From Octopus sinensis (taxonomy: Eukaryota), in contig NC_043008.1 of NCBI RefSeq assembly GCF_006345805.1, forward strand, positions 70,246,001 through 70,310,000: a stretch of DNA of 64,000 nucleotides, written 5' to 3'. A model generated the notes under the pieces. It made no database searches. It had not been told where the DNA came from and worked only from the letters and a program-made list of their open reading frames with translations. The position numbers were made by a program, and so were the translations under genes. This document shows positions 13,430-28,045 of the stretch, one piece after another. The number at the start of each line of letters is the position of its first letter. Position 1 is the first letter of the stretch.

Positions 13430-13615
13430 TTCAGGGAGGTGTATTAGCTGAGCCATTTGAAAGATGGGTTGCATGCCTTGCTGTATCTATTGTGGACCTC
13501 TGCACTCTGAGTCCAAATGTTGCCTCATCACTGAAAAACAGCAGTACTTCTATTGAGAGTTGTAGCTGATTGTTTTCAACAACATTTAATGCTCTTGTTC
13601 TAGTCTGTGGCATGA
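13430..13615 (-). mobile_element. Possible Tc1/mariner transposase fragment
   Basis: Minus ORF contains VLLFFSDEATFGL, resembling the first catalytic-Asp motif (xxFSDEATF) of IS630/Tc1/mariner enzymes. It is short, and no TIRs were seen. Confidence 0.35.
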
Positions 13616-13653
13616 ATTGAGCAGTAAAACATAATCAAACTGATCCAAGGGTC

Positions 13654-13819
13654 CAGGGCTGGCTCAAGGTACCAGGAACTCAGGCAGTCGCCCAGGGTGC
13701 CATGTGCTATGGAGCACCAAGGAATACATGACAAAGACAAAGAAATTTTCATGACCAACAGCTTTTACACACCAAAGTTCAGCTTGTCCAGGGTACCAGC
13801 AACCCAAGGGCTGGCCCAG
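13654..13819. mobile_element. hAT-type MITE (166 bp)
   Basis: Imperfect TIRs CAGGGCTGGCTC... / ...GGGCTGGCCCAG, flanked by a perfect 8-bp direct repeat CAAGGGTC at 13646-13653 and 13820-13827. An 8-bp TSD is the hAT hallmark. Confidence 0.8.
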
Positions 13820-14439
13820 CAAGGGTCATACTGTCTATTCTGCCATTACATCTAGGCTGGATGCCCTTCCTAACACCAACCAATTTACAGCATGTACAGG
13901 GTAATTTTCTTCATGCCATCTGTACTTGTGAGGTCATCACACGGCTTACAAGACTACAAACCTAGAGAGGGATGGTTTCATGCTTGGAGAGGTGAGGTTA
14001 AAATATGGGAGACAAAGACAGCACATAAAAAGTTTTTTGATGTAGTGGAATCACATGGATATTCATGTTTTAGAAGAGGATGAGAATGAAGAGGGTGGAT
14101 TGGGGAAGAGGTAAAAATTTCAGTGATGAGGTGTGTGTGTGGACTATAAACATAAGCAGTGAGTTGAAGTGAATGAAGATAGAAGTATTGGAGTATGGAT
14201 GGTGGAGGTTGCAAGGCGTAAGAGAGAGAGAGTGAGAAATGGAGAATGAATGAAGCAGTGAATATAATGAATGAATGAAGTTAAACAAGAAGAAAAACTA
14301 ATGTCAAGCAACTGACAGCTAGTATCAGCAATTTGAAAAACAAATGGAAACACTGTTTCTATGGTTTCATTGTTAGCTTGTTTGCCAACTCTTACCTTAA
14401 TTATGATCTGACAGTTCGAAAGAGGGTACACTGAGTAGA

Positions 14440-14552
14440 TTAGATTAACATGAAATGAAGTGCCTTGCTCAAGGACACAATGTGTCACTTAGTCAAGGAA
14501 TTGAACCCATAACCTTATGATCAAGAGTGTAGCTCTTTAACCACTAAGCTAC
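14440..14552 (-). mobile_element. tRNA-derived SINE family A head and core
   Basis: Reverse complement reads gtagcttagtggttaaagagc...gggttcaattcc...gtgtccttgagcaaggcacttcatttc. Confidence 0.6.
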
Positions 14553-15659
14553 ATATATGTATGTGCACATATAATCATATACACACAAATGCACACATCA
14601 TTGAAACCACCATAATGCTCTACAGAAAAAATGTGAATTTCATAATTTGAAAAAATGGTTTGTATGATTTTTAATTGGCTGAAAAATTTCAGTTCATTTT
14701 AAAATATCAAAAACTGTTATTTTTTTTCCCCTCAAAGTGACATTCTTGTTTAACCTGACATAGCACAGAAGTAATGCCAGGTAGTAGTTCTGTTAGATTT
14801 CAGTTCTAACATGCCAAAATTCTAAATTCATTAAATGCAGTAATTGTCCAAATGTATATCTTTACAACAAATACCAACTGATAAAAATAGATGAAGACAT
14901 CCTTTGAATATTGATTTAAGTAAATGAGATGGAAAATTTGACCCTGTGTATGTGGCTGCAGTAGAATAAAGGAAGATTATTGTTTCTATTGCTCGTGTAT
15001 TAGCTATTCAAAATGCATTAAATATTGGTGAAAATTTTGGAAGAGTGGTACCATTTGGGATCAGTTCTAGCACTAGCTTTGCTTTATCTACAATCAATAA
15101 CAGCTCAAGTATTGATTGCTTCTTATGAACCGCCACATACTGAACTGATAGTGATCAGTGAAATAATGATTGTTAAAAATGATATCAGTAATGATTGAAG
15201 GTGTTGAAAATGTCGAATATTGAGTTGAAGATTGTTTCAGTGATTAAGAGAATCCAGATGATGAACCTGCGGATGCAGAAACAGGTGTTGTAACTCATTG
15301 TACTGCTTATAGTGGCTGCGTTTCTGAGGAAACAATAAATTGTTCTTCTAAACACATTTGTTGTCATTTAAGACATAAAATCTGAACACAATAATTTTAC
15401 AAATCATCATCATCATTACATCCATTTTTCAATGCTTTCATGGGTTGAATGGTATATGTTGTGGCAGATTTTCTATGACCAGATGCTTTTCCTGTTTCCA
15501 TGTGAAGTTACATTTCCCCATAACCTGACATATTTTCACAAAATTTGGAAATGAAAGACACTGCCTATATGAACATGACACTCACAACTCTCCCGTGATG
15601 TCAAAGCAAAGCAACAGTAACACACACATACACACACACACACATACACACACACACAT

Positions 15660-15825
15660 ACGACAGGCATCTTACAGCTTTTGTTTATAAAATCTTCTCA
15701 CTAGGGCTTGATCTTTTCCCAAGACTATAACAGAAGACACTTGCCCAAGGTGCTATGCCATAGAACTGACCACGGAACCATGTGGTTGAGGAGTAAACTT
15801 CTTATCACTCAGTCATGTCTATGCC
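15660..15825 (-). mobile_element. SINE family B 5' half
   Basis: Similar to the reverse complement of 27491-27640. Confidence 0.6.
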
Positions 15826-16635
15826 AAGAAAGAAAATGAAAAAAGTCTTTTCTGGTTACTAAATTCAAAATATTATTTGGAAAGGTGAAAGTAGAAAAAG
15901 TGATTTGCAATGTTATATACTGTAGTTCGATTATGAAGTTGAACTGCATGAACTTAACATATGGCAATTAATTATAACCAGTTTGGTGGAACAGAGTTTA
16001 AAACTGTATTGATAGATTTTTGACTGCTCCTGTGAATTCAAAGCCTACATGGAAGAGAGTAGTTGAGCATGGCCATGAGTATGGTTGAATACACACCAGT
16101 CTTTTGAGAGACTAGTTTGCAGAACTGTTGAACACTGGTTTTGATGATAAAATCTATTTGAATGGACCCCAATCAAATGTGAGAAGAGTCAAGGAAAAAA
16201 GTATTGCAAATTTGATAGTATCTTTAGTCTGAAAGTGCAATGCATCAAGCAATTACAAGATTTATGACTAAGAAGAAAAATAACCGAACAGCCACATTAT
16301 CAGAATCTCAGAGAACTGTTGAACCATGGCTTTGTTTAATTGTGGACATATTTCTTAGTTCAAAAGGGTTGATCAACCAATATCAGACTTAGGAAGAATT
16401 TCAGGAACATCTCCCACCTTCTCATTGTTCAGATTCCAGATATCCCAAACAGGTAAAAACAAGTGTGAAAAAAACCAGTAAATAACAGAGACAACCGATT
16501 AAAATTCTGAACGCCTCCTCAGATTTAAATATTACTTCGATAGCCATCAAAAAAATTACTGAGAAAATGTTGAAAGGGCTCTAAGTATACTGAGTGGTTA
16601 ATAACAAAGTTCATTAGTCAGAAATTTGATTTTCT

Positions 16636-16935
16636 TTTTACTTATTCAGTCAGTTGACTGCAGCTATGCTTGAAGAATTTTTACTTGGATGAATAGACCC
16701 CTGTACTTCTTTTTTTTAAAGCCTGGTACTTATTCTACCAATTTCTTTTTGCTGAACTGCTAAGTTACAGGGACATAACACCAGATATTAAGTGGTGGTG
16801 GGCAAACACAGACACACACATACAACAGAATTCTTTCAGTTTCTGTCTACCAAATCCACCCACAAGGCTTTGGTTAGCCTGAGGCTATAGCAGAAGACTC
16901 TTGCCCAAGGTGCCACACAGTAAGACTGAAGTTGG
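16636..16935 (-). mobile_element. SINE family B, near full length
   Basis: Both arms and the central CA-rich spacer match 27491-27861. Confidence 0.7.
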
Positions 16936-17224
16936 AATTCAAATTAGGAAATATTTTTTATTTCTGAAAAATTAATTGATTTTCATTTCATACAGTTTCA
17001 TAATATTTCGTGATTTTTAAAAAATATTTTGAATGTAAACCAATGCACATTTGTGCAGTTATAGTGTGAAATTCTATTTACACATGCCACACACACACAC
17101 ACACAAATGCTAAAATTAGTTCTACAGTTTTGCAAATTCTGATTGTGTCTAAGACTATGTTATCAAGCACTGGAGATGTTCTAGAAGTTGGTTTCTTTTG
17201 AATGTGTGTATGCATGTCTGCTGA

Positions 17225-17400
17225 GCTGCTACTTCTCAGCAATGAGACATTATGGCTCCAGTGCAACAGACATGTAATTAGTATGTTGCAGGAAAGAATC
17301 ACATTCTTCAAGCCATGACAACCAGTAGGAGACCTAGCGGTAGACCAAGAACAAGTTGGTTTGGATAATATCATAGTCTCAGTTGGTCATGCATGAGAAT
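17225..17400 (+). mobile_element. Degraded RTE-like LINE 3' fragment
   Basis: aggagacctagcggtagaccaagaacaagttggtttggataat reads RRPSGRPRTSWF, resembling the RRPRGRPRxxWxD motif. Confidence 0.4.
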
Positions 17401-18529
17401 CTATGTGGAAGTCTAATGAAAATTATTTCATATAAGGCTCTATGGATGCAGTGCCTGATGACTCTACCTCCACAACTCTCCCAGGAATAGTGGGCAAAAA
17501 AGATATTTGGATGAATTTATTTTTATGTGTGTTTATATCTGTATAAAAGGATGGAGACAGAAACGTTAGAAGAAGGGATGCAAGGATGCTAATATTTTGT
17601 AAAGAGGGTGTTACAGGCATTGCAGATACAATCCATATATGGAAAATGGAAATATCCTCAACTCATTAGGATTGAATATATTAAATATGTAGGAAGCAAT
17701 TAAATTAACAAACCTCACCTCAACTGGCACAGAAGTTATTAGTAAACATTTATTAGATAGACTTATCCCTTGAGTGCTGGTTGTTTCCCTCTTACCTTTA
17801 TAGCAGGAATAAATATTATTCCAGCAGGAATAAATATTTCAAATCAAATTTGAATAAGAACATCACAAAATTTCTAGTTTGTGATAGTAAAGACTATTTT
17901 CTGTCAATCGTGCAATGTTTATTCATTGATGCATTTCATTCACAAAATCAGTTACCAAAATTACTGGCCCCAAAATTAACATTATACTACATGTATACCA
18001 AACAGTTGTGAAATATAACAATTGTGTATGGATTTAAAAAGCAATGTATCCAATATTGTTTTTTGGTGTAAGATTGGGAGATAATGAATGTGTCAAATTT
18101 AACAACCTTATAGGCTTTTATTACACAATATTTAAATAAAATTCTCAGATACCACAAATGGATTATAATGTGATGATGGACTTTTGTTTTTGCATAATTT
18201 TAATTATAAATCTATGGATATAATTAGAAAAACAATTTTTTTTTCATGAGAGCTTAGGATTAAAGATAACTGAATAAAGTTAATTTTCTAAAAGTTGCTT
18301 TAAATTTAAACCAACGTCTTATATTACTCTTACCATAAATCTTTTGACTACACTCACAAGCATTCTAATCACCTAACATTGGTTAACTTAATTTAAAATG
18401 TTTCTCTTGAATTATCTAAGCTTTCTGATAACAAGCAAATATTTTACTTATAGAACCTTGTCTATAAGTATATTTTGAAGAGAAAATTTTTGACTCTGAT
18501 TATGTGATTATCCAAGAATGTGTTGCCAT

Positions 18530-19065
18530 AAACATAGAAATAAAAATGAAACATTAGTTTGCCTAAACTCCTGGTCAACTTCTCATCTGTCCTCCCAAAA
18601 TTATTTCTTCAAATTACAGAAGAAATATAAAATTTTAAACACAACCATCATCAAACCTTCTTATTTCAGCACACTGATCATTGCACAAAATACTAAACTC
18701 ATCTACTTTAAGCTGAACTTACAACCTTTGACCAATTATTAACTGTAGTTGTATCAATCCATTATTGTTTTTACCCTTTGCTCCATTTGCTTAGGTAGTA
18801 ATTCCATACTACAACTTTCAAAACCTACAAACACTCACTTCTAATCCTTTTAAATATCAGGATTTTAGAATCATAGCTATACAATTAACAACTCTGATAG
18901 AACTAATGAAGCCACCTTATCTCAGTCCATCAGGGAACTGGAAAGTCAAAATTTGTCTCATAATCTGAAATGGAAATTCCTGTCCAGAGTTAAATTTAAA
19001 GCCAGACATAAAAGATCTTGCAATCTTTGCACATCCAAGAGTCTGGAAATAGGCTTTTAAAGAAG
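18530..19065 (+). mobile_element. Penelope-like element remnant (RT thumb to GIY-YIG region)
   Basis: Reads KKYKILNTTIIKPSYFSTLIIAQNTK, then NCSC, then NHSYTINNSDRTNEATLSQSIRELESQNLSHNLKWKFLSRVKFKARHKRSCNLCTSKSLEI. This matches the PLE pattern KIFNxxTIKxSYS...CNC...NHxxSF...TxLSxYIWxLK...IKWxIL...CxLCxxEK. Confidence 0.7.
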
Positions 19066-20341
19066 TGTAGTTATAAACAAACAGACACACTCATATATAC
19101 ACACATACACACATATTTCTTGTTTGTGTGTGTGTATGTGTAAAACTATTTGGACTTTAGGTATATGTCTATTAGTATGTTGATTAAAGCACGTTCATCA
19201 TTGGGCTTATCTGATGTCATCCACAGCTACAATATACTTTTCACTGGCCAATGTCAGGAAATCCTCAGTGTTTGTTGAGCTTATAATTGATGAAGGAAAC
19301 TGAAGATGAATTTAGTATGAATCTTTATCCAGCACGAAGATTGTTGAGTTGTATAAACATCTGTACCAAATCCATTTTCTGTTTCCTTCATCAATGATAT
19401 ATATATACACACACACATGCACAGTGTATCAGTGCTCTTTGATGTAAGTCTGATGGAATGCCATTTAATGTGTGAAATTGCTAACATTATGTAAATTTTC
19501 ACTTCGAAATTTTATGTAAACTGGTGCTGAAAGGCAGAGTTGGTACAAAAACAGTTGTAACTCATCAGTTCTTTGTTTTATTATTTAGAAGATATATATC
19601 GATGGTTTTCTTTCAGTTTCTAACTGCCAAACCCACTTTCAAAAGTTTGGGCACCACTCTGGAGCTATTACAGAAGAGTTTTGCCCAAGATGGTGTGCAG
19701 AAGGACTGAACCCAAATCTACATGGCTCACTTCTTAGTCATGCCTATGCCAGTTTAATATATTTAACTCCCAGTTTTGTTTTTAATCTATAAAACTCGTT
19801 CACAACAACTTTGCAATTTCTAATTATGTTGCACACTATAATTATCACTCGTTAACAATTTTCTAAATGTTTTAAAGGAGTTAGCTGATTTAGCAGCTTA
19901 GAATTGGTCCCCACTCCCCACTGTCACTTAACTAAATAATGCTAAAAAAATATTTTACATTTAAGGTAACGTTTAAGAATATTTTCCTCCTTAAGTGTTT
20001 GAGGAATAAATTCTTTCATGCAAGTTTTTTTTTTCAAAATGTTCCCTTTTCTCATGTTTTTCTTATCTTTAAATTAATTTAATTCATTTTAATTTACTCA
20101 TTAAATAACTTTCCTAGTAAGACCACACCAAACCATCCTGTAATTTGCTTAAGAACTATAACATAAATGTTATTATTCAATCCACTAATTAACCGATTAA
20201 TTAATTAATTGTCTAATTTATTCATTACCCATTTTTTCTCCATTCCAAATACTTCTTTCCTAAATTTCTTAAACATCAACTAGATTTCATTATTTAGCCC
20301 TTTAGCTTATGAACATAAGCACAACCTAATTAATTCCCTTT

Positions 20342-20560
20342 AAAGGTGGCAAGCTGGCAGAATCGTTAGCATTCCAGGCAAATGCTTAGTGGCATTTTGT
20401 TCGTCTTCATGTTTTCAGTTCAAATTTCACCAAGGTTTGACTTTGCTTTCATCCATTCAAAGTTGATAAAATAAGTAACAGTTAACTACTGGGCTTGTTG
20501 TAATTGACTTACCCCTTCCCCCAAAATTGCTGGCCTTGTGCCAAAATTTAAAATCGGTTA
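20342..20560 (+). mobile_element. SINE family C (Nin-domain-like)
   Basis: gttcaaatttcaccaaggtttgactttgctttcatccattcaaagttgataaaataagtaacag resembles the Nin/Inv SINE central domain (ctttcatcctttcggggtcgataaaataagtacc). Confidence 0.7.
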
Positions 20561-20767
20561 TCTCCCTTTAAGTACAAATTTCACCTTCACTAAAAGCCTA
20601 CACAATTGAATTTCTCATTCAAAAGGAATAGTTTACAAATTATTGCTTATTGCATATTTGTCAAATTTATAAATTCCTCATATTTTTTTTCCACGCTACA
20701 TATATGGACCATTTCTGCCATCCTTATATTGCACTTCCACACACAAAATTAGCTACTCTTCTTACAT

Positions 20768-20829
<62 letters not shown>

Positions 20830-20869
20830 AAAATATATATATATGCTTATGCTCCATATTAATATCCAT

Positions 20870-21255
20870 ATTCCATGCTGACATGAGTTCCACTGGATCT
20901 GACCAGCCAGAGGACTACATCAAGCTCTAGTGTCTGCTTTGGTGTGATTTCTATGGTTGGATGCTCTTCCTAACACCAGTCACTTTACAGAGATTTCTAG
21001 TGCTTTTTCATGGCTCCTGCATTAATGAGGTTCTCTAGTATGACATAAGATGAATAAAAGAGATGCATTGATAGAGTAGGATTATTTTAATGATGGTGAG
21101 GGCTTTATGCCAGATGTTGAGTGAGTAAATTATGAGAGAAGGAAAGGTACAATTTCTTGCTACAGAGAACATACATGACCACCCTATGCTATATAACGAT
21201 TGGAGGGTCAACCCATGCTAGCATGGAAAACGGACATTAAATGATAATGATGAGA
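20870..21255. mobile_element. RTE-tail fragments (family D) in both orientations
   Basis: 20870-21030 is a minus copy; 21220-21255 carries the plus-strand tail acccatgctagcatggaaaacggacattaaatgataatgatg. Confidence 0.5.
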
Positions 21256-21545
21256 ATTCAGTAATTTCATCAACTTAACTGCTTACTGCAAGTGGCGGAC
21301 ACATCTACTTGCAATGTAATTCTCAGCCAGAATCAGTGTGACCCAGTGTGACAGGGTTGTACCATTGAAATTAAGGGTGCAATCCATCCAACAGGCTTCT
21401 ATAGAGGCTCCAGCTACCCTATTTCACTAACAAGGCTTAGATTAACAAAAGGGTTTAGAAAATAACATCTACCAAAAATACTCTGCTGTGGTATTGAACT
21501 CATGACCTCGTAGATGGTTGTCTTAGCCTTTCAGCTAAATACCTA

Positions 21546-21587
<42 letters not shown>

Positions 21588-22184
21588 AGGCTACAAGTCT
21601 TGTTAAATACAGCTACCCAAGGTTTCCTGGTCTAAACATTAAGTTACCCAGCCATTTTTCAAGCTGAGAACAAGACCATCTGTCAGTTGCCTAATTTTTT
21701 TTTCCTAGCTGATCAAGTGCTATTCTACTTGTTGAAGCTTTACCACATAATATTGTTTGCTTGTGTGTGTGGTTGTGTGTGCACACATATATATATGTGC
21801 ATATATATACCTACATACATGTATTTTGGGCACATCTTTAATTGATGTATATACTTCCCATCCTGCTTTTATTTTCTGCACCTATAGAAAAGGTTGTGGG
21901 ACTGAACCTGAGACCACATGTTTGAGAAGCAAGCTTCTTAACCACTCAGTCATATCTGTCTCTATTTTCCTGCACAAACACACAGACAATATATAGATAA
22001 CTTCTAGAATGATCTCCGGTGCTTGTTAAAGTCAACTGAAAGGGAAACAATATTTGCAAATTTGTTGCATTCATCTTAATGAAAATACATAAACTCAATA
22101 TAAATTGCTTAGAGCACTTTATTATATCTGTCACTTAATTAGTTCTTTGAACTAACACCTTTGAGTATATACACACACATATTT

Positions 22185-22232
<48 letters not shown>

Positions 22233-22564
22233 TTATGTGTAATGATTGGTTTATCTTGTCAGCTGAAAGCTCTCTCATTATTCATTGTCCAGTTGATTTC
22301 TGTTCACTTTCACCTAGCCCATATGTTCAGAGGGACCAACTGATGATTTACAAGCCCTACAGCAAACATTACCTTTAGAAAAGAAGAAAAAAGAAAAAAA
22401 AAAAATCCACACATACACATATTTTGTCTGAAAGATTGATTAGGTCTGTCCATAGAATGGCATTCTTGTGCACTGTGATATGCCATTGCAGCCCAGTTTC
22501 GGACTTAATGAACAAGAATCAGTAATGAGACCTCTGTACATTATTGGATTGCAAGATCACAAAC

Positions 22565-22611
<47 letters not shown>

Positions 22612-22664
22612 CACACATATATATATATGTGTGTGTATGTTATATTATACATATTATATTATAT

Positions 22665-23021
22665 TTTATCTTTTACTTGTTTCATTCTTGGATTGCAGCC
22701 ATGCTAGTGTGCTGCCTTGAGTGGGTTTTGTCAAGCAAATTACTCTTAGACATTTTGTATTGCTCTCTTTTGCCAAACCACTAGGTTATGGGGTTGTGGA
22801 CAAACCAACAGAGAAAAAAAATACACACACACACACACACACACACAAAAAAATAAATGGGCTTCTTTTAGTTTCTATCTACTGAGTCCACTTAAAGGGC
22901 CTTTGGTTGGGCCAAAACTAAGCTAGACTAAATGGCATTGCTCAAGGTGCCATGCTTTGAGACTGAACCAGAACCAAATGACTGGGAAGCAAGCTTCATA
23001 TCACACACCCACATCTGCGAC
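22665..23021 (-). mobile_element. SINE family B
   Basis: Both arms plus an internal (CA)n; the head abuts the large TA satellite. Confidence 0.6.
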
Positions 23022-24822
<1,801 letters not shown>

Positions 24823-24865
24823 GTTTGAAAAATGTGTAGAAGTAACGTACAAGTAAGTAAATATT

Positions 24866-25013
24866 TATGAAAAACAAGAACGAAGATGCTACTTTCTTAA
24901 AATTGGGTGCATTTTAATTTCCCTTTTATATGAATACATTTACATGTTACAGTTTTTGAAAAACCTTATCAAAAATATATAGTAAAAGGGAATATGTAAG
25001 GAGAAAAGAGCTG
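24866..25013 (+). repeat. Left arm of a ~150-bp inverted repeat
   Basis: Aligns by eye to the reverse complement of 25653-25799 at roughly 85% identity. Confidence 0.9.
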
Positions 25014-25237
25014 TTTACTTTCACCTAGCCTTATGATTTACAAGCCCAAGAGCAAACATTACCTTTACAGAAAAAGAAAAATGAAAAGAAAAACACATAT
25101 GCACTGAGACTTTTTTATATATATATATGTATGTAAATACATATGTATGAGTGTGTTATATATGTATATAAGTATATATATATGCATGTGTATATATATA
25201 TGTATATAAGTATGTATGTATGTGTATGGATATATAT

Positions 25238-25269
<32 letters not shown>

Positions 25270-25364
25270 ATATATATATATGTTTGTGTATGTACATTTA
25301 TGTATGTGTATATGTATATATATGTGAATATATGTATATATATGGATATGCAAGTTATTCATAG

Positions 25365-25486
25365 GAAGTAAAGACAAGGTGTCGAAGAACTCGATTTCCA
25401 TTAAAAACCCTAGGAGGAACAACTTCACTATGATGACATTATTACTGCTGCTAGTTATTCGACTGCTACGGCCACTCCTAAGATAA
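25365..25486 (+). CDS. Candidate alternative terminal exon of an unidentified gene (basic spacer plus hydrophobic C-terminus)
   Basis: AG at 25363-25364. The phase-1 frame reads (G)[39 protein letters not shown]. The sequence is CpG-rich and unique, but the polypyrimidine tract is weak. Confidence 0.33.
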
Positions 25487-25652
25487 CAAGTCTTGACCAA
25501 ACTATTTAATTTACTAAAACAGATGGTAGTGATTTGCGGTCACAGTCAATTCAACTTGTCATGCCACCAAAAACTAACAGATATTACCACGTGCTCTTGC
25601 AGGAATAAGGAAAGTAAACTATGAATGTTAATCTTAATTTAATTTTATTAAT

Positions 25653-25799
25653 AGCTGTTTTCTCTCTACATATTCCATTTTAGTACATATTTTTGATGAG
25701 GTTTTTCAAAAACTGAAACATATAAATGCATTCATATAAAAGGAAATTAAAATGTACCCAATTTTAAGAAAGTAGCGTTTTTGTTCTTGTTTTTTCATA
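25653..25799 (-). repeat. Right arm of a ~150-bp inverted repeat
   Basis: See the left arm. Confidence 0.9.
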
Positions 25800-26559
25800 T
25801 ATAGATAAATAGATAGATATATACATAGATAGATATGAAATAAATTCATACAAAATAAGTTTTTATATGCCCAATCTAATTCTGCAATAAATTTGTCTCT
25901 ACTGCTAATTTTGTGTCTCCCTATCTGTAAATATTGTTGTTATTCCTTAAATTCCTTGAAAATAACAACCCTAAAATTAACTTATATTTGTATATAGGTA
26001 TGTCTGTATGCTTTTTATTCATATACATACATGTATACAATATATACATGTAATATGCATACATCCAAGACTATAAGTATATCTTTTTTATATGCATTCA
26101 ATTTATATACATACATTTGTATATATGTAGACATATATTTAAGATATATAATATAAATGATATAATATATCTATATATATATTGAGAGAGAAGCCTAGAT
26201 ATAAACACATCATGCATATATGCCAGATTGTTGTAAAATGTGGTATAATCTAAAGCAATGATGGTTCTGTAGATTATGGTCTGTAGAATCAGTTATTGTT
26301 GCTCTTAAATTTCTTTAGTTATTGTTGTTGTCGTTCCTGCAGTTTCTGCTTTGAGTGTTTTGTAATTTTTAATTTTATTTTCGAAAATGAATTTCTAATC
26401 AGCCCTGCACATGCACTAAACACACCAGATGCACTCATGCACCTGTGCAACGGACAATTGCAGTCAGTCTCTAGTTTACCGATTATAGTTTTGTTTCACA
26501 AACAGTTCTGTTAATGTGTTCGATAAGTTGTGTTAGCAGCAGTAATAACGTCATTAGTG

Positions 26560-27110
26560 AGAGGTTGGCAGCTGTGTGAATTTAGTGTTGGAGCCTGGGT
26601 GGCTGAAAGATTGGGTGGATGAGAGATTGGATGGGTAAGTGATTGAGTGGGTGAATGACTGAGTGGTGAATTATGAGGTGGGGGAAGGGTAGGGTGAATA
26701 AGAGATTGGGTGGGTGGCTGAGTGGGGAGTGACTGGGTGGGAGAGAGGAAGAGTGAGAGAGAGATTGGGCTGATGAGCAATGGAGTAGGAGAGAGATTAG
26801 GTGGGAGATAGAATGTGTTAGGGAGATTGGGTGGCTAAGATATTGGATGTGGAAAAGTCAATGGGTGAGGTACAGGGTAGGTGAATGGCTATATGAGAGA
26901 GTGACTAGGTAGGAGGGAAACTGGTTGGGGCAAGTGACAGAGTGAGTGAGAGATAAGGTGGGAGAAACTGGATAAGTGAGAGAGGGGGATTCGACTAAGT
27001 GAAAGACTTGGTGAGTGGATGAGTGAAAGATTTTGGTTAAGTGAGAAACTGAGTGGAGAATGACTGGATGTAAGACAGATTTGGTGGGAGAGTTACTAAG
27101 TGGTTAGATA
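26560..27110 (+). repeat. Degenerate G/A-rich minisatellite
   Basis: Recurring gagagattgggtggg / gactgagtggg(t)g units with strong G/C strand asymmetry. Confidence 0.8.
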
Positions 27111-27365
27111 TAAACCTCAGAATTTCTCTTTTTCATCCAAGGAGAAGTCTTTCAGTAAATAATTCCTACTAACTGGAATTATCATTGTGACATTATTTGT
27201 TGTTTGTTTCAAAGAGATTTTTAATGAAAAAGAAATTAAAAATATTTCTTAAAATATGTATTTACTAAATAGTAGTCTGAGAAATATATAACAAAATGCT
27301 AATATTTGAATATTGAATGTAGTATTAAGATATGGACCTGTATAGAATTGTGGTGAAGATATATG

Positions 27366-28045
27366 GGCTTAGTGGTTAGGGTTTTCATCTCACAATCATA
27401 AGGGGGTGGGATTGATTCCTAGTGGCGTATTGTGTTTCTGAGCAAGACACTTTATTTTACATTGCTCCAATCTACTCAACTGGCAAAAATGTGGCTGTGT
27501 GGTAAGTAGCTTGCCTACCAACCACATGGTTCCAGGTTCAGTCCCACTGCGTGGCATCTTGAGCAAGTGTCTTCTACTACAGCCTCGGGCCGACGAAAGC
27601 CTTGTGAGTGAGTTTGGTAGACAGAAACTGAAAGAAGCCCATTGTATGTATGTATATATATATGTGTGTGTTTGTGTTTGCCCCCCTAGCATTGCTTGAC
27701 AACTGATGCTGGAATGTTTATGTCCCCATCACTTAGCAGTTCGGCAAAAGAGACTGATAGAATAAGTTTACAAAGAATAAGTCCCGGGGTTGATTTGCTC
27801 GACTAAAGATGATGCTGCAGCATGGCCACAGTCAAATGACTGAAACAAGTAAAAGAGTAAAGAGTATGTAATTGAAAGGGACGGCCATGTCACATTCTGT
27901 GTCATACCGAATCTTCCTGAGAACTACTTTAAGGGTTACGTGTGTCTGTGGAGTGCTCAGCCCCTTGCACGTTCATTTCACAAGCAGGCTCTTCTGTTGA
28001 TCAGATCAACTGGAACCCTCATCATTGTAACGACAAAGTGCCAGT
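27366..28045 (+). mobile_element. SINE family A (tail type 1) split by a nested family B SINE
   Basis: Head and core at 27366-27490 end in ggcaaaaat and resume at 27862 with gagta. The joined sequence is colinear with the uninterrupted copy at 49975-50300. Confidence 0.8.
27491..27861 (+). mobile_element. SINE family B, full length, nested
   Basis: tRNA-like head (gtgtggtaagtagc...ggttcagtccc), cttgagcaagtgtcttc core, internal (TA/TG)n, right arm, and aagagtaaa tail. Confidence 0.85.

Noticed and set aside
16410-16460. Good acceptor and donor around a 20-nt block
   Set aside because: It is not frame-preserving and no compatible partner exon was found.
14900-16480. Coding-like stretches (DDEPADAETGVV...; VEPWLCLIVDIFLSSK...)
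   Set aside because: Every frame is interrupted by stops and no family motif could be assigned. It may be an old transposon or pseudogene and needs a translated search.
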